Assembly (NCBI GenBank): GCA_964016885.1 | Contig: OZ024743.1 | Coordinates: forward strand, 11,098,001 to 11,162,000 | DNA length: 64,000 bases | Direction: 5' to 3' | DNA from: Eledone cirrhosa | Taxonomy: Eukaryota | In this document: one piece after another, positions 39,075-53,215 of the stretch | Position numbering within the stretch: the first letter of the stretch is position 1 | How the letters are laid out: the number at the start of each line of letters is the position of its first letter | Notes under the pieces: model-generated | Databases searched by the model: none | Told to the model about the DNA's origin: nothing | Seen by the model: the letters and a program-made list of their open reading frames with translations, nothing else | Made by a program: the position numbers and the translations under genes

Positions 39075-39540
39075 TAATTGTTTCTACTTTTGGCAAAAGG
39101 TCAGCAATTATCCCAGTGTATTACTGGTACTTTATTTTATCGACCCTGTAAGCATGAGAGGCAAAGTTAACCTTGGCGGGATTTGAACTCAGACCATAAA
39201 GGGCCGTAACTCTTTGCTGCAAAGCATGGTGTCCCACTCTACCGATACTGCCAATCCACCGCCCACAGTGCTATAACATATAATAAAGGCATACATGTTG
39301 AATTTATTTCCTCTCCCCAACAAAAAAGACAATAATGATAATAATAATGATCTCTACTATAGGCATAAGGCCAGCAATTTGGAGGGAGGAGTCGATTAAA
39401 TCGAGCCCCGTAAATTACTAGTGCTTTATTTATCGACCCCGTAAGGATGAAAGGTAAAGCTAACCATGGCGGAATTTGAAATCAGAACTACAGGGCCGTA
39501 ACTCTGCCGCGAAGCATGATGTCCGCCGCTCTAACGATAT
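39075..39540 (-). mobile_element. Two SINE copies (39075-39265 and 39340-39540)
   Basis: Family core and B-box (gatttgaactc) on the minus strand. Confidence 0.8.
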
Positions 39541-39544
39541 TACC

Positions 39545-40290
39545 CATAATAATAAGAATAGTTTCTTTATTGGCCACTAGGGCCGAAATATGTTGTACAA
39601 TACAGGGGCAGTGGGTATTTACAAAAAAAAAATCCAGTAAAAAAAGATAACATAACAATAAACAACAAAAATACATATTAATGAAAATTCCCCAATACCA
39701 GAGAATACCACCCCAGGGTGACTTAGGAACCTCAGCAAGCCTAAACCACCCTAAAGCCCCTCTCCTCTCTAAACTAAGCAGCCTACAGGTGCATGGTTAG
39801 AGTAGGCCCATTCACTCGGGGCATTCTCGCTACATTCACCCACCTTTTAACAAATGTGCTGAGGCGGCGAAGTAATTCCCTCTTCCCCCTCACCTTCCTT
39901 TCCAAGTGGAACTTGAAAAGTTGATGGGGTCCTGACCGAAGGCTACATCTACTAGGCAGAGGAAAACTGGCAGCCCTTCCATAGCATATCTGCTGTGCAT
40001 TCCAGCGATCCAGCCTTAGAAGATGCGACCGAAGCTGGCTGCTTTGAGGACAGCGTCCAGGTATTGATGCTCGACTCTATCGAAATCTTTCTATTGATCT
40101 AAAATGATCAAAGCTCCACCAAATCCAGGTTTACTCTCTGCTCTCTCTATGATGTAACACATGAGGTGGAGATTGCGTCGTGCATGGACCTGGCCGGGAT
40201 TGTGAACGTTTGCCCCTCCCCTATCAGGCCCTCAACGGCAAGTGCCAAGCGCGTTGTTAGTACCATGGCCAACATTTTAAACTCTGTGTG
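39545..40290 (-). mobile_element. L1/Tx1-like LINE 3' fragment with internal deletion
   Basis: NFSSSTWKG/FHLERKVRG...TFVKRWVNVARM-like ORF2 tail, T-rich UTR, AATAAA and (TTA)n tail; matches 7385-7545. Confidence 0.65.
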
Positions 40291-41300
40291 GACCTAAAGT
40301 TGTCTAAAACGTCCCTCTTGTTTTCGTCTTTCCTCATAAGCGTTACTACACCCCGACTCCCAGAACTAGGAATACTCCCATCTGCCGACATTTGCAGTAG
40401 ACAGGTTCGAGGAGATCAGAGAACATGTCTGGCATATCTACGTCGACCACGAATCTCGAATCTCTGCTGCTGGCCAGAGCTGAATTTAGACCTTGGAGAG
40501 CCCAGGGCACTTCAGATTTTATGGGGGTGGGGTCATACACAAAAAATAGAATACACGGTAACCTCCCAACCCCACCCAATTTTACATATCAAAGTTAGCT
40601 TGGCACAAGTAATTGGAATTGAAAAGCTATACCTACAGGTATTAAATTCGAAAATTCTAACCATTCAAAAGCTAAAAAACCAGCACAAATAAATTGCTAC
40701 TGCAGTCGCCAATAGGCCCCTACTGCTGGGGGCCCGAGGCATTTGCCCCCTTTGCCCCCAATTAAATATTAAAACTGGCAATGTTCCTGGTAGGTTGATT
40801 TACTCTGCTTATTTATTCTATATTATAATTTTTGAACAATAGCGTCGTTCATTTTCAACAGCAAGAGTGGTAAGGGCTTGTCGGTAACGGCTTCTTTAGA
40901 AGAGCAGCATTTTTCGCTGATGTTTACATTCTCTATCAATAGACATCACCGATAATGTACACACAATTGTAGACATTTTCATTTACTTTTTGGTTAAAAT
41001 TAAATGACTTATATCTAGTTTTTACGGAGTATTTTACACTCATGTCAATTTACACAAATATACCTACAGTCTCGTTGACGAACAGACACATATATTCTGG
41101 TTCATCACAATTACTGATACATACATACGTACAGCGTTTTCAAACACATCACACTGCCTTTGAAAATGACGTCGTAGGTGAGCAATGTGTGAGAGAATGA
41201 TGTGATAGTCATGGCTGGAATTCTTTCGATCATAGATCTGTTGAGTCAGATCTGATCTAGGCTTAAATAACAAATGGTAATACACCTCTTGCCCAAAGGA

Positions 41301-41360
<60 letters not shown>

Positions 41361-41494
41361 CAGGCTTTGATTAGAAACGGCAAGCGAATTTGAAAAAATT
41401 AGGTAGTAACATGTGCTTATGCCGTATTTGACTAAATAGAATTAGTTGGGATTTTTAAAAAACGCTCTGAATGGAAAAAAAAAAAAAGGGATGA

Positions 41495-41578
41495 GTATTG
41501 ACGCACATGAGACACGAACCCATATCTTTGAAATGCCGCACCAATATGTTACCATTACACCAACACGCCGCCCTAGAT
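41495..41578 (-). pseudogene. tRNA-like head (tRNA pseudogene or SINE head)
   Basis: A-box tggtgtaatggt and B-box-like gggttcgtgtctc at tRNA-like spacing; no intact cloverleaf. Confidence 0.45.
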
Positions 41579-41974
41579 ATTCCCATCCCTATTTATATAC
41601 ATATATATACATATATATACCTGCTATGGTTATATATCTTCTAATTGAATGGCATAACCACATGTTACTACCTAATATATATATATATATTTATTAAAAT
41701 AACAGATTAAACTTTAAGCAAAGAATTGCTGCTTTCACCGTCAACGGGATCTTCTGAAACTATTACTATATATATATATATATATATATATAGTAGTTTC
41801 AAATAAACCTTAACTACTTAGCTGGATACATATAAGTATGTAAATTTCTATCTTCAGTATATCTATGGATTTGTAACAGTGACACGCAGATATTAACCAT
41901 TCTTCATGTAAACGGTACATTACTCTGATATTCCCATGTATGTCTGTATTTATGTGTGTATGCATGTATATGCG

Positions 41975-42055
<81 letters not shown>

Positions 42056-42789
42056 ACGTCTTTTCTACTGCCATTAAAACGTTTTTCGACTCATATTACA
42101 GTTAAAGATCGCTGCGAAACTTTAGCCGATTATTTACTAACAAAACGAATACATTTACTAACAAAACTAAATAAATAAATAAATAAAAAAAATAACTATA
42201 ATCAAGCTAAAGAAATTATGAAAGTTAATAAAACTGAAAAAATATACGCAGCAAATAAATAAACAATAAATGAAAAAATAAAAGAAATGCATTTATTTAA
42301 TAGACTACATTTTTGCTACGATATTTAGTGTTAATGTTGTTCTAATCTTCCACTGTTATAAGTTGACAACCCGTCCGAAGCATTGGATTTCAATAGCGTC
42401 AGAATGTCGGTAAGTGGTGAATGAAAGAATTTAAAGCAAAACAATATTTAGTCTTAATATACGTGGGAAAAATCGGAAAGATAAAACAACATTAAAATGT
42501 TTATAGACAATGTTTTTTTGTTTTATAGAAAGATGCCGGGGTCTAGATTATTGAGTTGAAGTGCTAGTATTGTTATGTTTGTTATATTATTGCAGTTCCC
42601 TCATTTTAATCAATAAATGAGGTAAAACTGATTAATAATGACACATGAAGTTTCGATTTTCTGTTTTTGGTACTTATTTCATTGATCTCTATTTGTCGAA
42701 CTTTAAAGTGACCATTTATGTCATAAAACCACCAGTATACGGTGGGAGACACAAACACCGACATACACATGTATGTATGTATGTTATGC

Positions 42790-43327
42790 TATGTCGGGTC
42801 ACTTTTGGGTGCTACTGGTAACATGTAACCCAGTACAACCTGTCGCATGGTCGAGTCGTCGGCGACTAAACCGGCAACCCCACCAAGTTTACTTGGTGAG
42901 GAGGGTGATTTTGGACACCCTGCTGGACAAAAAACAAAACCTCACAAAGGGCGGAAGAACTCATGAGAGTCAACGGTCATCCGAAAGTGTGTAAATATGT
43001 ATATACACATGTACCGCGTGGTTAATCCACTGGGAGTGAAGGACCCCTAGCCTTTGTCAGGGCATTCTTCTGGGAGAAGGCAACTCAGGAAACTGGGATA
43101 ACTTCGATATAAAACCTGCGGCTCAGTAGTTACCGATGATGTAGATCTCTTCTTCTTTTCGGGTTATAGCTACTGTCACCCAGAGAGTGGGATTGGCTCA
43201 GTGCACAGTCTTTCCTCACTTTAAAAAATATATTCACACACAGACATTGCACGATAGAATTAATTAATAATTATTAATAATGTTATATCGTGCAATGGCC
43301 ATACTCGATAACGAGGGGGCAGCCATC

Positions 43328-43360
<33 letters not shown>

Positions 43361-44404
43361 TGTATGTATGTATGTATGTATGTATGTATTATGTCAGGTC
43401 ACCAGTTGGTGCTACTGGTAACATGTATCCCAGTACAACCTGTCTCATGGTCGGGTCGTTGGCGACTAAACTGGCAACCCCACCAAGGTTTCTTGGTGAG
43501 GAGGGTGACTTTGGACATCCTGCAGGACTAAAAACAAAACCTGTTAAAGGGCAAAGGAGCTCTTAAGAGTCAATGGCCATCCCAAATCACCGGGAGAGAT
43601 GACCCCTTAGCCTTTGTCAAGGCAGAATTCTAGGAGATGGAAAACTCTGATATAACACCTGCAACCCTGATGGTATCCAATGATGTTGACTTATTCTTCT
43701 TTTTGGTAAATATCATCTTGGTTAAGAGAGTGGGACTGGCTTTGTGCAGTACCTTTGCTCACTATAAAAGCTTCACGGCACAGGCATTGCTTTATATCTG
43801 GAGATCTCTCTGCACTTGTCGTCACATGATACCATGGGCCCAGCACTATGTGTCAATAATTGTCACAAGTGTAGTGTTTGTACCAGAGTTTTCAAGTCGC
43901 TGGCTGGACTAAAAAGTCACACTTGTTCAGCGCATCGGTAGGGGTTCTCCTACATGGATATAAAGTAGTGGCCGTACTCGAACACGAGTTGGCAGCCACC
44001 ATGTACGTGTGTATGTATGGGGACGAGGAACTCAGGAGAGTCAACGGCATCCAATAAAGTAACTTTTTTTTTTTTTTGTGAAGTGAGAGAGTCCTAGTTT
44101 TCATTAAGAAATCTCTCTAGGAGATGGTGACTCCGATATAAAACTTGGTTTGCATCCAATGATGTAGACCAGTGCTACTTTTGTGGTAAATACATTCGAA
44201 GTTAAGAGAGTGTGATTGGCTCGGTGCAAAGCATTTCATCACCTAAAAAAGTTTCAAGCACAGGCATCGCTTGATATGTGACATTTTTTGCGATGCATCG
44301 CATTGCTGGCCATAGGCAAGGATTAAAAAGCCACGTCCGTGATGCTCATGCTTAAGTACCAAGCGATAGCATCACTCGAAATCGAATTGCAGCCATCATG
44401 TATG

Positions 44405-44410
<6 letters not shown>
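42790..44410 (+). mobile_element. Three tandem decayed RTE-related non-autonomous elements with (TATG)n tails
   Basis: Copies at about 42790-43330, 43390-44005 and 44020-44400 share gagtcaa.gg.catcc and gagagtg.ga.tggc; the first two share ggtgctactggtaacatgta; each ends gcagcca.ca followed by tatg repeats. Confidence 0.6.
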
Positions 44411-44484
<74 letters not shown>

Positions 44485-44901
44485 TGTATCTACTTACATA
44501 AAGCAAATGATCCAGGGTCATTCATTTGGTTCTCGTCACGGAAGTGACCATGTGGTAATGTGCTAGCAATAATATGATAAAAGACAAAATGTTCTCACAT
44601 AATTCTCTCCCTTAAAAAAGTGGTGGACGATGTGTAACAATAAAAGACCGAGATAACATTTGCGTGGTCGATCGTCTGGCTAGAATTAGAAGCTAAATCT
44701 ACCTCATATATGTTACTGTCTTAAGAAGGAAAGATAAGTCAGAAGGAAAAAGATCAACTCACCGCCAATGGATTTGGTGAGCTTGACTTACCCGGAACTA
44801 AACAGTTTCATCAACGTGCAACACATGCACAAGATATTGTTATTATTTACATTGTATATATATATGGAGAATAGGAAGGCTGTGTAGTTGCTAGTTAAGG
44901 T

Positions 44902-45140
44902 AGGCTTAACATTAAGAAGAAAGCAAGAACGGGGGGGGGGGGTTTCCTCATCAGTTGTCTACTGGGGGTCTCGGATATTTCAACGCTTTAAAGACAACTA
45001 TATCTACCCCCAGAGCGTTCAATAACTATGTAAGTTATTGTCTTTAAAGCGCTGAAATATCCGAGACCTCCAGTAGACAACTGATGAGAAAAACATCCCC
45101 CTTCCACCCCAGTTATTGCTTTCTTCTTAATTTTAAGCCT
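44902..45140. repeat. Inverted-repeat insert (about 100-bp arms, 40-bp spacer)
   Basis: aggcttaa.attaagaagaaagcaa...ctcatcagttgtctactgg.ggtctcggatatttca.cgctttaaagacaa mirrored on the right. Confidence 0.85.
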
Positions 45141-45201
45141 GTAATAATAATAATATGTGTAAGTCAAACATGTTAAAGTTGGCTTCGTTTATTCTAATTC
45201 G

Positions 45202-45254
45202 CTGCTATATATATTTCAGTGACAGCCATTATTGGCTGTGACCTCATCAGGCAG
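45202..45254 (-). ncRNA. Type I hammerhead ribozyme
   Basis: CTGC-CTGATGA-ggtc-ACAGCCA-ataa-TGGCTGT-cact-GAAA-TATATA-TA-GCAG. Confidence 0.8.
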
Positions 45255-45396
45255 TAAGAATTAATGTAGATAAAATAGGTAAACATGGTGTTGTAATTGT
45301 TCCAACCTGTTAATTCATCGATAAATCTAGCTCCTGGGTGTGTTGTTACTCCTCAAAGGAGCTGGAAACACATACTCAATATATATATATATATAT

Positions 45397-45791
45397 ATAA
45401 ACGTTTGTATATGTATAATAAAGCCAAACCAATGCAGGTATGGGCATAGAATAAAGAATGCAAATGCAAAAGATATTGTTGACAATTAGTCTTTTACCTT
45501 AGATTTATTTAAATGTCCTTAATTTTCGAGATAATATCTCTTCTTGCTGACATGACTTGGCAAGCTATTTAGAACACTGGTTTAACCGCTTTACTTCCCT
45601 CCGAAGAAGAGATATTATCTCGAAAATTAAGGACATTTAAATAAATCTAAGGTAAAAGACTAATTGTCAACAATATCTTTTGCATTTGCATTCTTTATTC
45701 TATGCCCATACCTGCATTGGTTTGGCTTTATTATACATATACAAACGTTTATACCTCATTTCACAATGCTTCAAGTGAACTATAACTTCCT

Positions 45792-45793
<2 letters not shown>
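45397..45793. mobile_element. Inverted pLTR-like insert with hammerhead variant and 3' tail
   Basis: Arms about 45397-45545 and 45605-45752; CCT-CCGAAGA-a-GAGAT-att-ATCTC-GAAA-AT-TA-AGG at 45598-45632; right-arm tail catttcacaatgcttcaag. Confidence 0.8.
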
Positions 45794-45847
<54 letters not shown>

Positions 45848-47094
45848 TTATTCTTCCTGCTTTAATTTTAAACCTATTTAAAATTATTCATTGAGTAAGC
45901 AGTTGAATGGAGGTGTTCATGGCAGTAATTACTTTGCTATCATAGGTCTCCTCGACCAGGGCTGCCCCAGATCTAATTTAACAACAACAATTATGAGCCG
46001 ACGCGGAAGCCTTCAATTAATCGTACGACTCGCTAGATATAGTAACCAAATCTTCATCGTTAACAAGGAAAATTCGAGGAATCAAGAGACTTCTAAAATA
46101 ATGTTGTAATCAGGTCGTAATCAAATTCATTTTTTAGCAGGTGTGTTTAGAATACGGTGCCGATTAAAAATTTGAATTGAAAGAACTTTTCGCCATATTT
46201 TGACTACAGACAATAGTCTAATAACAGGGTATATAAGCCGTCATAATGGAAAAGTGCTGATGTCCAATCTTTTCTAATTCAATTTTCTAATACTTTTAAA
46301 GGACTGAGAGTAGAAGACTGAGATGGGACAGCAGTTCATCACAGGAATAACCGGCAACTGCTACTTCACATTGTTTCTCTCTTGCTCCAAGAATTGAACC
46401 GATGGCATCACAGCTGTTACTCCCAATTCTCATCATTAAGTAATATGGCTATCAGTATATACAAATACATACATGCGCGCGCGTGTGTGTATTACACACA
46501 CACAGACCAAATTTACAAAAATATATATTAACATTAAGATTAATTATGAAAAGAATTATTAATGAAAAGCAAAAACACTTGATTTCAAATATTTAAAAAA
46601 ATAATAATGGCAATGAAAAGTTTATGAGATTAGCTTATAGCAAAGTATACTCGTAAGAATACTAAATCATTGAGGGATATTAAATATGTATTAAATACTA
46701 TACTAAGAGAAATACTGTGTAACATTTTAGGTGCGAGTTATTGAAGTACAAGTCACCTCAGTATTTAATGAAGTGGTGGGATACTTAAGTTTCTGAATAA
46801 AGTGATACATTATAAATCGGATAAGTTCTAGTAACAGCAATGAATTACTAATCCTAGTACATAGCTTATATGTATCTGTGTGAGTAGATATAAATATGAG
46901 GAAGTGCGGGGATTTGGTGTCGCTTCACTATTGTAAGCTGGTGCGTTCGATTTCCGATGACGCATCGTGTCCTTCATCAAAACATTTTATTTCCCATTAC
47001 TCCAGTCCGCTCAACTGGAGAGAAAACGAGTTGCATCTGTAACTCCTAATGAACTCTGGGGGAAGTATGAGAAAGATAGAAGAGGTGAGAAAGA

Positions 47095-47250
47095 AACGAC
47101 TCCAGTATTGGACTGCAATGTTGTTTATTGACCTCTAAAGGATGAAAAACAAAGTTGATATCGGCGGGATTTGAACTGAGAGGGCAGAGAGCCGGAACTA
47201 AAACTGTAATGCATGCTATCCAACGTTCTAAAAAGTCTGCTAATTTGCCG
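47095..47250 (-). mobile_element. Decayed SINE
   Basis: ggatgaaaa..aaagttga..tcggcgggatttgaact core. Confidence 0.6.
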
Positions 47251-47699
47251 CTCAGCGGTGGGGATATAGGGGGGATCTGGGGAGTGATTCAGCCGTCTGA
47301 AAAGATATTTGCCAGTACACCATTATCATTACAGCTACTCTTCGGACCTGTCTGGCCTTATGTCCACTGACTTACAGTCGACTAACTCGTCAATTCTCTC
47401 GTCATTTACATTGTATCTATCCCTCATTACAAGTTAGCTGACCCCACATTATCCCTTTTCACCAACTCCCTCCCCAAATCATCGTAACACTTTATGAAAT
47501 TCCCTTTTGATAGTTTTTTCTTTTTTTTTCGGCAGGCTGTTTTAGAGAAATGGCCAACCTGTCGATCTATGATGAAATGTATTTAAGTCGTGTTCCTCTT
47601 GTCCAGTACGGCAGGATTTAGAGGAGATCGAGCGACTGTCATAGAGGCTTCTCCCTTTACTCGCGTGTCATTATGTTTGCTTGTATCAAAATAATTTGT

Positions 47700-48600
47700 G
47701 AACAATACCATGATTTCCAACATACTGGAGATGTATTTAACCACCATACATGGAAACCTCGTAAATATAGAAAACTCCTCAGCATCTTTTAAAGTTTAGT
47801 TGAGCAACAACAAAACAAAGTGTAAACATTTTGAATAGTGTTTAAATTTTTTTTTTTAATAGATCAAAGTATGGTAGAAGAGTGGAACAAGAAATTGTAA
47901 AACATCCGCTTTTGATAACATTGAAATATTTGAACGTCGAGAAGCTTGGTCTTATTGAAAAAAAGATTTCAAATTTTCCTTGAAAAGTTGACGAGCCAAC
48001 ATATTTTAACGATTACGTATAACAGCCATCATTCATTCCTTTCAGTCAAGGATCTAACATTATAAATTATTTTCTTATCTTCAAGGATATTCAAAATCAC
48101 ACCAAAAATATAACATATATTCGATGTTTTGACTGCATATTTAGAAGTAAATATTTCATAGAGATCATGTATCGGCGTTTCAACAGCTGGCACTCTAACC
48201 ATAAAAGTGCCTTCAAATATTTTTTTTCCACTGACATAATATAAAAATTTGAGCATAATATGTATTACGTGGTTTTTGTATATAAAGTCATACAAGAAAA
48301 TAATATTTGGAACGGAGCAGAGATTTCTGTGAGACCAGGCTATGAAAATCATTGATTTTGTGATATCAAAATGCCTTTATAAAGCTGGAAACACTAATTG
48401 TTGATGAAGTAATATCAAAGGGGAAATCTGAATTGTGTTTGCGAAAGACGAATAACAGCCTAAATCTTCGGCATGAGTTGCTAAAAATAATTATGTTTTA
48501 CTTAATATTAATCGCAGATTTAGCCAAAACGAAGAATATATTGTTAAGAACCTGCATCTAGAAACATTGAAGTACAACATACAACATTGTTTTTCATCGT
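47700..48600 (-). pseudogene. Possible very decayed hAT transposase remnant
   Basis: Only weak resemblance to the post-RW region (..AV..I.D.YEI..); many stops. Confidence 0.25.
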
Positions 48601-49074
48601 TAACTCCATAGGTTTTCGATAGGTTATGAAATCGTTTGAGTTATGTTTCATTAGGAATAAAAAGTGTAATCTAATAAAGATGTAATACCTTTTAAGCGAT
48701 GCTGATATCTATAATAGTTTTAAAATAGTTTATAACATTAGGCATTAACATGGTTTGCTATGTAAAAACCAGTTTGATTTGTTAGTTTCTTTCATAAGTA
48801 CAAAAACAAATATTGTAGAGAAGGGACGCAGTCGACTGAATCGAACTTATCGTCATAAGAATAGAAAATGGCCAAGCCTATTCTGGAGTATGTTACAACA
48901 TTGAAATATGAAACTACGACAGAAGAAAGTTAAATCCCAATACATATCTTTATGTAAAGTCGACACTAAGTATATTTAAACTTGGAACTAAGTAGGGCAG
49001 CACAATATCATTGATTCTTACATAGCCACCAGGCTCCAAATTTAGGTATGGTAATAGATTCAAGACCTCAAACT

Positions 49075-49640
49075 TAAGTCGAGTATGCCGACCCCAGCAT
49101 TTGACTGCTACTTTATTTTGTTGAGCCCAGGAGGATAAATAGCAAAGTTGACCGCTTTGGGGATTTGAACTTAGAACGTGCATACCGAATCTAAATGCCA
49201 AAAAGCATTTTGTTCAGTGCTCTAATAGTTTGAAAGTAATGCATTGAGACCAATACTTTAAACGGATGTTAAAGAGAGAGCCTATTCTGAGTAAGAGGCA
49301 TTTTATTGCTTAATATATGAACGAAAGCATTTGTTAGGATGAAGAGAGATAAAGTAGCAATACAACATGAAAAGAGAAGGAACGAAAAGAGAAAGGAAGA
49401 TGATATAAAGGATTAAAATAAGAAAGTAAGAAGGAAAGAAAGAAAGAGAGAAATAATTGTTTCTACTTTTGGCACAAGGCCAGCAATTACCCAGTACATT
49501 ACAGGTACTTTATTTTATCGACCCGTAAGGATGAAAGGCAAAGTTAACCTCGGCGGGATTTGAACTCAGACTGTAAAGGGACATAACTATGCTGGAAAGC
49601 ATGGCGTCCGACTCTCTACCGATACTGCCAATCTACCGAT
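49075..49640 (-). mobile_element. Two SINE copies (49075-49230 decayed; 49452-49640 well preserved)
   Basis: Family core, B-box and A-box-like motifs. Confidence 0.75.
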
Positions 49641-51929
49641 TGGAAAGAGAGAAATAATGAGCAAGAGTGAGAGATATGAGCGATAAGAATACTGAGAGAA
49701 AATATGAGTAAGAGATAGTGTGAAAAAACGATAGGGGGGGGGGGGGTTAATATAAAAGATGTGGAGGAGAAAAGAACAGAAATAAAATTAGAAAGGGTGA
49801 TGGAAGGAGAATAGTAAATGTCGCCAAAGCTGGTAATCTTTCGCTTCCTATTTTGATCCCGAACTGACAATTTAAATTAGAACCTCTTTGAACGAAGGAA
49901 AACCAGTTTCGGCATTCTTTGCGCTACTCTAATCCATTAATGGCTTACTGGCGCCGTCCAGCAATAGTTGGCGTCACAAGAACTACCAAGTGCGACAACA
50001 CATTGGCCAACAGGGAGTAGGAAAGTCTCGTTCTAACTAAAAGATGCTGCATAAGTGGCCGAAATCTAATGCCCCCCACTCCTTAGATTACTTTCCATGC
50101 TATCACATCTGCAGACACCTTGACTAACTAGCATAATTATACATTTCTCATTTCCCTCATCACCTGTATCAAAGATTGAAATCCTCTCCTACATTGTTCG
50201 CCTCCCAAACTTCAAGATTCATCTAAATTTGCACTGAATGATCTCCCAAGAGTTATTTGCAAATGATTTTTAAATTGGGCGTCATCCTGTTGTTAAAGCT
50301 TAATTAGGAATGCTCACCTGCAAATAAAACCTTATGAAAATGACTAGACACAAAACTGTCTCTCTCGTATCCCCTCTGCGCTCTTTCATTTTCGTTTTTC
50401 GTTTTTCCTTCTTTTTCCATCTCCCTCGTCTCCTCATCTTCTTTGTTGTCAAGATTTTTGGCTCCCACTAATATCAATAACACCTTCTCATTCTTAGGTG
50501 GATGTAAGGCTGAGAGGCGTATTGCCAGATATTTTAGATAGGGGCTGATATCGAATGCACTGGCTATCCACGATATACATCATCCATTTCAGAAACGATG
50601 TAACTTTCCTTCTTGTCGCCATAAACAACATAAACATTATTGTATTGTCTGGCAAACCAAGACAATAAATTCAGCAATGAATTTCGTTCTTAGATCCCAA
50701 TTTAATTAACCTACACCTACATTTATCATCGCGAGACGTAATAACCGAGTAAATTAGGTGCCAGCTCTTGTGCTCGTATATAAAAATGGTTAGGTTATGG
50801 ATTAGGCGTCATGGGTTCGAATTTTGCTATTTGATAAAAGTATTTAACCGCATTTGACTCAGTTTAAGTAGCTGGAAAGTCGAAACCAATAGATTAAATA
50901 ACGTTAAGGGTTCGCTTCCTAACCGGCTCCACATATTATTTTCACCACTTAACGTTAAACTAACCTATTTTGTGAGACAAATAGTTCGTAAAGAAGTTGT
51001 TGTCGTTATCTTTGTTGCTTTTGTTTGTACACAAGGTTGTTCTGGTCCAGCAGGTCCATAATCAAAGGTGTTCCACCCTTGACTAATCAGGCGTATTTCA
51101 TGAGATTTTGTATCCAGGGCTACATTATCTAACATCTCTAATTTTATGACAGTAAGTTGTGGGCTGCCATTTCTAGCAGATCAATTGACCAAGTTTCTCT
51201 AGTTTATAAAAAATATTTTTAAAATGTATACGTAGAGACATGGTTATGGTTATATTAGTTTATGTGATATTCTATATAGACTTTGAATTGAGATTATCAC
51301 TCCTGATTGCCATTGCTTTGGTGCCTTTCCAGAGATCAGGCCGATTTCATCCCCGGTGGCCTAGATCCCCCGCTTCTAGATACACCTCATGTACATCAGA
51401 AAATGTTGAGGCTGGATTTTGGTGAGCAGCAATGTATTTTCTCTGCCACGATGATGCACCTTTCTTCATAGAGAAGAACCCCAGATGAGTTTCATATAAC
51501 AGATTGTAGAAGAAACCTCTTATTACGAAATCAAATTGATGGTCTGCCAGAATACTTTATTTTCTGGTCTAAAGACAGATTCCAGCTTAACACAAAAGTG
51601 CTAACATGTTTTGACCTTTGGCACCTTTACTGTCTCTAGAATTTTCGTATTTGCTTGTATTGCGAGGGCAAGAAAGAAATCTTATTTCGCAGCCAAGTTA
51701 TATATTCTATATCTCCTCTTTTTCCAAAAAATAATTTTCCTGAAGTTGGGATTTAAACTTTTCTAATATTGGTTGTTCCAATGTTTTTTGAAATAATGAA
51801 TATTGTTTCTTGAATTCCAGAAACCGTGGTTGGGGAAATATATGAGTAAAACTGACTTCTCTTAGTCTGTGTAGCTTATATCCTTGAAATCGAGATTTTG
51901 GCTTAAGTTTTATATATATATATATATAT

Positions 51930-51996
<67 letters not shown>

Positions 51997-52068
51997 ATCA
52001 AGTTATACTGAGAAAATAATTTCAATTCTACATATATTTGTAGAGCGGTGAGAAAACACCAATATTAT

Positions 52069-52099
<31 letters not shown>

Positions 52100-52528
52100 T
52101 ACAATACTTACACTCTACATTCACTGGTGAGTACTTAACTAAACAATGGTGTTGCTAGTTTTAACTACTAAACTAATAACTCCCAATCTCCCACTCTATC
52201 TATCAATCTATTGTAACACTAATCTTCCTTTGCCTTCCTTTCCTTTTCTCTTTACTTACCTTTACAACATGCCAACACACTTCTCTCTCAATTGTCTCTC
52301 TGTTTCATCAACCTGTTACCAATCTCAAAACTTACCTTTTCTCCTTATCGATTACTGGTCACAGATTTCTGTCATTAGAGGTATTTCTTACCTAACGTAC
52401 ATACTATAGTCATTCGGCTGTTTTAAAAGCTATTGCTAGCATTCGAGTTTCCAAATTACCGAAAAGAATGTCAGGTACACTCACACTCGTCTCGACTATT
52501 TTCCAAGCAACAATGTTTATATATACAG

Positions 52529-52637
<109 letters not shown>

Positions 52638-52811
52638 AAACATGACGGACGCTCTATCTCAAAATTATTTTTGAAAAGCATTAGAAATGCGCAACCGGTA
52701 AAACTTAAAACCAAAACTGAATACTAACCAATACTATTACTAATTCTCACTTATTCCTAATTAAACTATTTTTCACTGTGAACAATTTGTCAGCATTTTC
52801 TATTCTGTTTA

Positions 52812-52870
<59 letters not shown>

Positions 52871-52894
52871 ATTCATATATGTATATTTTGTATA

Positions 52895-53115
52895 TCGACA
52901 GTCGATCGACTTTCGTCAAATCAATCAGAGGAAACAGTGTTTCCATTAGTCTTTCCAATTGCTAATACTATCTACCGGTCGCAACACCAGGTAGAAGGAG
53001 CAGCGTGAAATAAAGTGTCTTGCCCAACGACACAACGCATCGCCCGGTTCGGGAATTGAACTCACAATCTCACGATTGTGAATCCAATTCTCTAACCACT
53101 CATCCACGCGCCTTC
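52895..53115 (-). mobile_element. tRNA-derived SINE, second family
   Basis: Head gaaggcgcgtggatgagtggttag...gtgagttcaattcccg followed by gggcaagacactttatttcac core. Confidence 0.8.
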
Positions 53116-53215
53116 AACATATTTGTTTATCCCGAGTTCAATCGGGGGATTTCTCCCGAATGAAACAGTTCTAGTTCTGTAGTAGCCATTTCTATATTAA
53201 ATATATATATATATA

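Noticed and set aside
42795-42885. Possible HDV-like ribozyme at the 5' end of the RTE-related repeats
   Set aside because: Could not assemble a convincing P1/P1.1/P2/P3 nested pseudoknot by eye; needs a motif search
51280-51900. GC-richer stretch that might be a host exon
   Set aside because: No sustained ORF, recognisable domain or supportable splice structure
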